A stretch of DNA of 64,000 bases, taken from positions 1 through 64,000 of the forward strand of contig CAJNYD010000019.1 in assembly GCA_905331295.1 (NCBI GenBank), given 5' to 3'. The stretch's first letter is position 1. The number at the start of each line of letters is the position of its first letter. The notes beneath the pieces were generated by a model that had not been told where the DNA came from, did no database searches, and saw only the letters and a list, made by a program, of their open reading frames with translations. Below, one piece after another: positions 53,201 to 64,000 of this stretch. The translations under genes were made by a program, and so were the position numbers. Origin of the DNA: Rotaria socialis. Lineage: Eukaryota.

Positions 53201-53463
53201 CAGTACAAGAATTGCCAGTCGAACAACTTGTCTATAACGATTGTGTGTCAATAAATCCAGTACCGCGACAACAATGTTTAGGTACATGCATATCAGGTAT
53301 GACATGTCGTTGCTGTTCACCCTCGGAAATAAATATGGAACCAATTGAAATGCAATGCCAACGATTAGAAAATAATATAACAATTGCTTTCATCGAAGAA
53401 ATCCCATATGCAAGAATACGTTCATGTTCTTGCAACGAATGCGTTAAGGACTTTAAATTATAA
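35279..53463 (+). CDS. SCO-spondin-like / VWF-mucin superfamily giant secreted protein (~36 exons, roughly 3,800 aa by hand splicing): signal peptide, EMI-like, 3x VWD-C8-TIL, ~6 LDLa, 10 tandem discoidin-like domains with Thr-rich linkers, ~5 TSP1, TIL, CTCK
   Basis: Signal peptide [19 protein letters not shown] (35279). [14 protein letters not shown] starts [42 protein letters not shown], with GLCG motifs. C8 YQACLYDAC. LDLa [20 protein letters not shown] etc. TSP1 [25 protein letters not shown] etc. C-terminal knot CLGTC..CRCC..CSC. The domain order matches SCO-spondin. Confidence 0.88.
38444..39122. mobile_element. Foldback-like MITE (GG...CC ends, internally repetitive TIRs, 8-bp TSD; MULE- or Merlin-like) in a spondin-gene intron
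   Basis: TSD TAATTAAC at 38436-38443 and 39123-39130. Ends GGAATTGGCGGAAAAGGCAGAAAGG / CCCTTTCTGCCTTTTCCACCAAACCC. Arms are built of GGAAAACGTCGAAA-like units in opposite orientations. Confidence 0.85.
38808..38911. mobile_element. 104-bp mini-element CCCAGG...CCTGGG nested inside the foldback MITE
   Basis: AT|CCCAGG ... CCTGGG|AT (2-bp duplication). Internal ATCCGA/TCGGAT motifs. Confidence 0.7.
43625..51068 (+). repeat. Protein-level tandem array of ten ~130-150 aa domains within the spondin-like CDS
   Basis: Each unit begins with a Cys followed within a few residues by (L/A/I/M)-M (A-V in one unit) and ends [GA]C[FV]. Shared internal motifs [ST]NVxxFxVxLxD and IxIxxLxTxDxxxPxNIxLS. Confidence 0.9.
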
Positions 53464-54167
53464 TCATAATAAAACATTTATTATTTTTGCCTTGGTTCAA
53501 GAGTTCATTCAAAATATCTTTTTTTGTCCTGATGATACAACAAACTTGAATAAGTTTATAAATAGCTATTCTAAATTATTTTTCAAGGGACAAAGTAAGT
53601 TATAATACTATACAATTAGTGCTGCTGAATATAATTCTAGTTAAATTTCATAATATCAACAAATTGGATTGCGCACGGTTTTCTTTCATTTTTCTTTCAC
53701 TACTAACATACGCTACGTATTTATCGTGCAATTTTAACATAGTCATACGTTGAATGTCGATTGTTTCCTAGTGAATGAGTTTGGCTGTTGTAAATTCTGT
53801 GATCTGATCTAGGAATTGATCGAAATGATTTATTGTTTTTCAACTTGTAAGTTACTTTGAACATTAGGACAAGATCTACATATGTCAAGAATTTGACGAA
53901 ACCTTCAAGCAATGACTTGTGTTCATAGAACTATGATTATTCCACTGCAATGATACCATAAATTATTTTATTCATGAGATATTCGATGTTTGATTCGAAA
54001 AATCAGGTTTGCTTTTCAATAGCCCAAAGAGACGGAAGTTGTTTGTCTTGAAATTTTGTAGGTTCAATTCTTTTTGATATTATTCTAGTTTATAGCCCAT
54101 ACATCCGTGTTCACTTAGATAGCTTTCTATATTTACTACAATTTCAAGTGAACATGTTTCTTTCAGT

Positions 54168-54199
54168 ACAACAGCAACAACAACAACAGCAGCAGCAGC
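54168..54199 (+). repeat. (CAA/CAG)n trinucleotide repeat, intergenic
   Basis: Seen directly. Confidence 0.85.
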
Positions 54200-54271
54200 T
54201 GATTCATGAATTCTTCCGTAGATGTCTTCGTATTCTTTATTCCTTATCGCGTGCAATCAATATAAATCATA

Positions 54272-54396
54272 CCCATGTTGCGAATATCGGATCATTTTTT
54301 TGCGGTAAACCGCGGTATTTATCCTTCCTGCGGTAATGAGAGCCGGTAACCGGACCGGTAAAACCGCCGATTTTCATGCAGTTTTTATTACATGGG
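54272..54396. mobile_element. 125-bp mini-element CCCATGT...ACATGGG with TA duplication
   Basis: TA|CCCATGT ... ACATGGG|TA. GC-rich interior with repeated CGGTA/ACCG motifs. Confidence 0.65.
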
Positions 54397-54846
54397 TAAA
54401 TAAACATCAAATTCATCATGTTGAGAAAAGATGAAGCCGATGATCCTAATGATATACGTGCAACTAAGTTTGAATCTTACTAACGTCTGCATCAATATAT
54501 TTGCTATTGCTAACAAGTATCGAAATATATAAAATAATAATACTTGATTCACCAGTCACTTACGAAACAAAACATTTTCTATTTCATATTTTTATCAAGA
54601 AAAATTTGTTAAACTAAAAAATGTTAAACGTCTGTTTACTGATTATCGCCTCGATCTAATTAGCGCACAATTTTAATGGGCTGTTAGAAAAAAAGATAGA
54701 TTTTGTTAGAGTTGCTGTTTGCTGTTTAAAGAAGCTTAAGCCGATCATTATCTTTTTAATTCTTACACCAATTCGGTTGTTATGCATTTTAGAAATCATT
54801 TCAAGATGCAACATTCTAAAATTTGTATTCAACATTGAGAATCTTT

Positions 54847-57800
54847 TTATTTATTTTTCACGTTCGTTGTGTGTTTTTTCTGTTCATTTTCAATAATAAG
54901 CATAGCCAATTGACTACGTGATGCTAAACCTTTTTCTTGTTGTGCTGTACATCGATCGTATTCAATGGGATTCACTTGTAAATTTGTATCACATTTAATT
55001 GTTCGATAATGAACACGTAACGATTGATCTGGTGCACGTAAGATGTGCAAATCAGATAATTGTACAAATAAATCATAAAGATTTGCTGTTGATATTGTAA
55101 TATTATGAAATGAAATCCATTTTTTTAAATTTAAATAATCACTCATATACAGTCCAATATGTTCATAAGCATAAGAGTTAAACCATCCGACAGTTTTATG
55201 TAAATCAATTGTTGTGTTATCGGTTATATTACGAGAAAGTGCTATAATATGTGGATGGTATTGATAGAAAGCAATTGGAAAAAAAATTTGAATATTTTCA
55301 ATAACATTCAGTCGACATCGATTTAAAAAATCTGAATCAATATTTACATATGGATTGGTAATAAATATTAAAGCATTTGTACGAAGTTTTGCTTGAAATG
55401 AATCGAGCAAATAAATGAGTTGAGAACTATGCGAAATTGTTGATGACGAAAGCAGTACAGTATGATATGTTATTGCTAATTGTGTATGTATTTGGCGTAT
55501 TGAATCAACTGTAGAACGAATATTTTCAAACCATTTTTGTGTTTGAAAATTTTCTTCTTTTGTTGTAACAATATGTGTAAGAAGTAATTCGAATTTATCG
55601 CGAGTTTCTCGATCGAATAGAGTTCTATTAACATGATGAAGAAAACGAATAGCTACTGATTCGTCATCGGAATGAATAGGTAAAATAAGAAATAATTTGG
55701 TTGTTTCAGTTACAAACGGCATCGGAACGATTTCAACAAGACCTAAAAAGTAATTATTTCGTATTTCGTTTATGCTATTCTTTAATTGTATTAGATAACT
55801 TCATTTTTCAATCAGATATCTTACCTAATGGTCTCATCAGTTCAGCACGTTTAATATATTCATTATTATTGCCATCGGTCAGCACTATATCAATGAAATA
55901 GTGTGTACCTCGTGTTGGATCAAATTGACGATAACCATTGAGCAGTGCTTTAAAAGTTAATCTTCATAATAATAAGAAAATAGAAAATAAAATCTTCGAA
56001 GCATCTTTCTGTCTTTGATATAACTTACTGATTTCCATAGGTTTGTTTAAACTGTTGTACAGAATAATCAATAACTTCATGTATATCTTCGTAATCATCA
56101 TCTATCAAACAAGTGAACAATCAGAATAAAGATTAACTGGAATTCTATGAGACGTACCTTTCAATGGATCGATCACGTCATTATCATTTTTTAAATAAAT
56201 ATGCGTTTCATTAAAATAATCCCAACGAAGAACATCAAAACGGGTTGGAGGCTTAAACGGTGGTGGCACTCCGACAGGCCACGGAATATGTCCACAACCC
56301 TCAAGAGTATAACAAGATGATTGTTCAATAGTTTCTCCGTATGTTTTTATATTTTGCGTTGTTTCATCAATTTCTACTTGATTAAAATACCTTTAAAAAA
56401 ATAGATTTATTTCATGCGTTTCTGCTCTTCAATTGAACCGTATAAAAATTCAACTATACTTTTGAAGTTTGAGCATTGTTTCAAGATCATTGATTGGATG
56501 AACGGTTAATGAGTCGTTAAAATCTGCTGATTTACGTAATTTATCAATATCTGTATCGAATTCAAATCGATAATTAACATAAGCATTGAATTTGTAAGAC
56601 TAAACATGAAAAATTATAAATTCTCATAAGATTTGTTTTTTTTTCTATATGAAGTAAAAGAAAATCGTACATTAGTTGTATTAGTACAGGGTGACTTTGC
56701 AGTTTTTAAAATACATCGTCCAATATTATCAGTTAAATCTTGTGAATAAGCATTTTTCGTGCACCAATCAAGTTCAGTTAACACTTTTCGAAGTACTGAC
56801 TAAAAATAAATAAATAAAAACCCAAATTTATTCTATAACTGAATGAAAATCTACATGAATTTGTATTGATAAATTTTAATGATTCTAATAAAGTGTTCAA
56901 GACAAAAGTAAGCAAAATTTTCTTAGATCTTTTTCATAAATATATTTCAGTTTTCTATAATAAACATTTTCAATGGTACTACTTCGTTCATAAATTTCCA
57001 GAATTTGTATTGTTTCATCTTGTGATATAAATTCAATAATTTTTAATAAATAAATCCTGATTTAAATTTCGATTAATTACGAAAACTGGTAACTAGAAAA
57101 TGTAATCAGGAAATAATTTACACGTTAGTTCGAGACGTTATTAAGTTTTGTATACGATCCTAAAAAGTATATTATGTCAACTACGTCTGCCACAGTTAAT
57201 GATATTTCTATATCAATGGTGGTGTAGGAGAGGATCCAAAGTTCTACTGCTATACTCTGATACTTTCTATATTGTTTAAAACTAAACTATCTATCAAGAG
57301 ATATATTTTTAAAATGAAAATTCTTTGATACAGACGCGTAAAATATTTCTCTGATCATAATAGCACTTCGAGAATGAACCTATTATGCCGAATAATGTAA
57401 ATCTTTCTTTATTAAAAACAAAAGAGCTACTATCAATTCTAACTTTTTATCTGTATTTGATATAAACTTACTGACGATATAATAATTCCTGATCCGAAAT
57501 AACAATAAACAGCGTGTACATCATCAAATGCTTGTCCCATATAAAGATCTTGGCCAATACTAATATGATTAAGAAATTCAGTCAACTAAAAAGAAAGAAA
57601 ACACAATTTCATGCAAAAATAAATTTCTTTGTTAAACTTACTTTATAGCCTCTTATAAACGTATTATCTGGCACAAGAAAAAACCAATCATACAAGTTAA
57701 TCATTTTCTCCGCAAGATATTTTAGCACATAGAATGGCTTTAAATATGTTCGCTCATCATTTATAGCAATAACTTGCATACTTTTAGGAAAATCTTGTAC

Positions 57801-58397
57801 ATTATCATTAATAAAAAATAATAAACGATTAACGTGATCCTGTAAGGTTTGATTAAGGAAAAAACTGAATGTGTTCAAGCGATCTGTTTCAGCTAAAACA
57901 GCAACAAGAACCTTTTCACGAATACCTAATTCATCGGCTATATAACGAGGTCGTATGGATGTAGATGAATGTGGTGGACGTGTAGGTGCATTAGCAGTTT
58001 TATTTTTATTATTACTGCTAACATTAACATTAATATTACTATTATTTGATTTAACAGACGGCTGAAGTAATGGGCGAATTCTTGGTTCGTAATCTTTACT
58101 ACGATAATCAACAAGTGTTACATCAGCTATTGACCGAGCTTGCCGATTTAATATTCGAAATGAATCTAATTTATCCTTTGAAGAACGACTTCCACTGTTC
58201 AAACGAATATTTAATGAAGAAGAGAATGGTTCGAAAAAAATCGATGGCGAACTATCGCATATACTCATTAACGGTAAACACGCAAAACTTAGTGCAAAAC
58301 CAAGTATAAGGCCCACAACAATCGATAATACATAACGAGATTTCAGTCGACTACGATGTATAACAGATGGTGACTTTTGACGATATGAACCAGCCAT
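54847..58397 (-). CDS. CHPF: Chondroitin polymerizing factor / chondroitin sulfate synthase family glycosyltransferase, ~8 exons
   Basis: Signal-anchor VLSIVVGLILGFALSF, RPRYIADELGIREKVLVAV, YDWFFLVPDNTF, WPVGVPPPFKPPTRFDVLRWDYF, LLNGYRQFDPTRG, RPLGLVEIVPMPFVTE, DFLNRCRLNVI...FFPIAFYQYHP, LASRSQLAML. These are CHPF-type rather than CHSY1-type motifs. Confidence 0.9.
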
Positions 58398-61177
58398 TTT
58401 CGTTTTTAGATTAAAGGCACCGGAGTGAAAAGCCACCGTTGGAATTAATAAAATTACGTTAAATATATATATTCAGGTTAATTGAGAGCATTATGTATTT
58501 GAGAGTCGTATCATGTTGTGTCTATAAAAAAAAAAGACTCCTTTAAAATGAGAAAAAAATGCGCTCGCACATATATTCATGTTATTAGATTATGTTTTTT
58601 TAAATCTTACTCAATGTTTGGTGTGTGTGCGTATGTGTGTATGTGCGTATGATTTATACATACTTTTGCTGTTCTTCAACAATTATTAGCAATAAGAAGG
58701 CTGTTGCCACTGAAATGAGAACCGAAGAAAAGAAAAAAATATATATTTTACTTTTTTTTTCTGTTTGCCAATGAGCGATGTCAACCGATCATAGCAATAC
58801 AATCAATCGCTGTGATTTTTGTCAGATGCGAAAACATACAAAAGAGAGCGATCAAAAAGAAAAAGAAAAAAATCCTTTATTTCAGGTGCATACTGTCCTA
58901 TGTATATACTCTCTATAGTGACACCAGTTGATACATTACCTCACGAACTGAGATCTGAATTCATATAGAACGATGAACAAAGAAGTCCCTTAAAGGCAAA
59001 TAATGACGGTCGAGATCACATATTTTTGTCAACATACACTATACAAGTGCTGTTCGAATGCAATCTACTGAAATGTGTCGTTGATACATATTTCAATATA
59101 TATATATATATATATATTGAAGTCATAACATGCAATGCTTGGTAATAGTAATCAATTATTCGACTCTTTCAATACGCCTCTATCAGCATTAAATGATTAA
59201 GCTATTTTCAATTCTCTGAATGATTCCTACTGATTCATTTCGCCTTTTCTTTTTCTATTATAATGAAATATCGTGACTAAAAAATTCGTTCGTAACTTTT
59301 CGTAATCAGTGCATTTTTTGTTGCTATTTTCTTGCTTATCGTTGATCGAAAAAAGAAAAGAACACATCTATTTGAAAAACAAAATAATAATATTAAAGTA
59401 GGCAACTAAGATAGTAATATTCTCCATATCAATTTTATTCTATATATATATAATAGAATAAGTTCTTCAGATAAATCTATGTGTAATCACAGGTTGTTTT
59501 GATAACTGTTCAATGAAAGTGTTATGTGTTCTGCTGTTATTTTTATTGCATAATAAGCGTATGCAAATTCTAGTAGATGCGTTATGTTCGCACAAAGCTA
59601 TTGTCGCTTCACTATTCGTTTCATACGTTTGAAGGATAAAAAAAACTGCAAATGTGTTATACCAGACATTGCATCGTACGATCTATGTATCAAATCTTTA
59701 TTGAAATATGTTTTTCATATAAAATTCATATTTTTCACATAAATTGGCAATGATCTTCTCATATGTAAATGATTTTTATACTCGATTTGATAAATTTGAA
59801 TGTACTACTGTTATTATTTTATTTGTTGAAAAATAGTCATCGATTTAGTAGAAAGAGAACTTTCTCTCGCAAGTAGATAAAAAGTTCTATATTAATAACA
59901 AGGTCAAAGCAGTTTAATTTTCTCTCTATTTGAACGAGAAAAAACTCGATTGTGTTCTTTTTGGTACTTGAACTTCATGTAAATCGGTTGAAATTTTCTT
60001 GAAGCCTGAGGAATAATCTTTTCAGAATGTATACAAATACTTGTAAATGGCAACAAACTTTTAGAACCTCTTATTAAATCAAGCTCTATAAGCAAACGTA
60101 TACGGAAACCTTTTCTCTATAAGTCATAGAAATGTTGACATCGATTTACTCCGGTTAATTTTATCTGCGTATTTTCAATGTTCTACTTTTCTTTGCGTCT
60201 TTTACCTAAAATAAGTGATAAAACATTTGAAAACTTCAGCTTATTGTGTGATATGAATAATCCTATCTTAAGTAGGTAATTGATACTGAGACGTTTCTTT
60301 TCATTTGTCAACGAAAATAAAAACTACACAATCTAACTTGACGTAGATCAAAACAATCAATTAAAATTTGTTATTAATAATTGAAAAAACGTCTTTTGAA
60401 ATCTACGAATTATCTTTTCATTTATGAGGTACTTCATAGCAACAATAATATTTACTTCTATACCATATTTATAATCAGTAATTTATTTTTCCGATCGATC
60501 TTCAGCAATAAATAAAATATCAGTATTGTCTTTCGAGCATAATATTGCATGACATATTCATTCTCATACAAAATTCTTACTTTATTGCCATAGCTCATAT
60601 ATTGTACACTCGTCTATTTCTCTATTTGCATATCTACATCACTCTTGCTTCAGCGGCTACGGTACACATTGTCACTTCATTCTTCATCCACTAAGAAAGT
60701 TTGAAGTGTGCAACGAAACTCTCGTACAATTGCAAGCCCATAAAATTTACTATTCATATTCTTCGTATTCAAAATTTCTTTTTTCTTTGTTATCGTCAGT
60801 TTTTTTATGAAGCTCTATAATTTACTCGTATGCATTGTACAAGATAAATTCTGTTTTGATCGTATGTAGTTAAAATAAGTTCATCAATATTATTTTGATT
60901 CTATTGAAAGAAATGAATATTGGTTTGTTAAGATATATTTCTTTTTGTTCGCACAAAAAACTTATGAATATATGCTATTGTCATTGCACAAAATTGTTAA
61001 TCAAAGGGATAAAAAGAAGAAGACGAATGAATAAAAAGATATGATAATGATGGCACATCATTGAAATAGGGTAAGGAAGTAAGGTATACGTGCAATTGAA
61101 GAAGGTTGCTTTTGTTGTTTGTTTGAAAAAAGATTAAAAAAAACACAAAATGTTCTGATTGACGATCTTCTTTCAAT

Positions 61178-62589
<1,412 letters not shown>

Positions 62590-64000
62590 GATTATTTCTT
62601 ATAAGAACTATTAGATGATGATAAATACGATGGATGTGTATACGTCTCCTCTACTGAGATTGTCCGCAAAAAGAACGAGAACCACAATATCTTCTTGACT
62701 ATATACACATATACCGAAATAGTCTTTTCTTTCCTATAATATTCTTCGCTTTTTTCCCTAGAGATAAATGCATCAGTCGATACCAAATCGGGTAATATGC
62801 ATCGTTATGACAACGGGCGACTGGAAGAAGAAAAATATATACATAGATGATAACCGCTTCCTGCTTCGTTATCCTATATAGTTGTGCCAGTGGGATATTC
62901 CGGATATTTTCAGACGTAGAGTAATAACCTATAGAATTGGAACGATATACATGCATTGATCACATTCTTCATTTTGGGAAAATAATACTACTGTTCGACG
63001 TTACTATCAACATGTAGTAAAGAATACACAGAAGAAAAAGAAAGGAAGCGTTGATGTCTTCAAATAGATGAAACGGCATGTAAGGAAAAGCAATAATATA
63101 TCCAAGAAAAGAAATAATAATGCTGCAGAATACTATCCTATCAGATTCTTTTGTTGACTGAGGTTCACACGGAATTGATTCTAACCAGAATTGTCTATTG
63201 ACAGAGATTTATTTCTATGTTTTGCTATTAAGGAACGGATTGGGTTATAATGTCCAAAGAGTAGCCACCTGTTTCCCTAATTTTTGAAAATATAAAGAAA
63301 AAGTCTTTCATCATTTTTTGTTTTATTTTGAATGTATACTATCAATGCAATCCATTGAAAGGTTGACTTAGAGACCATCAATGGAACAGTGGAAAAACTA
63401 TAATCAACGATCGAATAGTTGGCGATGTGGCAGACATATGTATATACGATATTGGGTGGATATAATAACGAACGAATGTACCCAATTGATCCAGGCCATT
63501 TTCAATTATATTTTGCCTATTTACCAGCATATTATTCTTGGAAAATTGAAGAGAATTTGAGTTCATTGAATTTCTATTGATAGTTGTTGCTATTTTAATG
63601 CTTTTTGTACTAACAATGTGGTATTTACAGATAGTCGGAAAGCAAAGAATTTGAGCGTGAAATTTTATTCATATATATTGATTTTAGAGTCACTTGGATA
63701 CCGTAGAAATTTCATAACACAAATAATATCTTCTACTGCTCATGTTAAATGATTTGGACATGTAATCATTCGTCGCTTCAATATGTTATGCAGCAATGTT
63801 TAGAAATCAATACTTTAGAAAAGAAACATTTTCCCTCAGTAGCACTTTTAGATTGGTCTGATGAACCATCCCTGAATGCCTTGCGCTATGTTGAAAAGCT
63901 ACTCAAATGGTTAGCTATAATCTTCTAAATAAGCTTCATCAGAACGAATCCTTGTAAGTTTTTTTCTAGATTTATGTCCCTGACATATGGGCCAAATATC

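Noticed and set aside
54148..54336. PolyQ-containing ORF
   Set aside because: Arises from an intergenic CAA/CAG microsatellite running into a MITE. Non-ATG start and no other coding evidence.

Overview
AT-rich, gene-dense eukaryotic (metazoan) genomic DNA with many short (~50-80 nt) GT-AG introns. The style is consistent with an invertebrate such as a bdelloid rotifer, but this is inference only. Eight spliced genes are supported: a class A peptide-type GPCR (+), RABL2 (-), SGSM1/2-like RUN+TBC RabGAP (+), a TRIM-NHL E3 ligase (-), tyrosylprotein sulfotransferase (+), an ~18 kb SCO-spondin-like secreted protein (+), chondroitin polymerizing factor (-) and actin (-). Introns and spacers hold several non-autonomous transposons: a 617-bp foldback, two Helentron/HINE-like copies, a hAT-like MITE with an 8-bp TSD, nested MITEs and a 5'-truncated LINE. 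The most notable item is the SCO-spondin-like gene, whose centre is a tandem array of ten divergent ~130-150 aa Cys...GCF domains. These are probably discoidin/F5-8C-like, are joined by mostly Thr-rich linkers and are largely encoded one per phase-1 exon. The gene is flanked by two Golgi sulfation/glycosylation enzyme genes. No rRNA, tRNA or CRISPR features were recognised. Exon boundaries were spliced by hand and are approximate.
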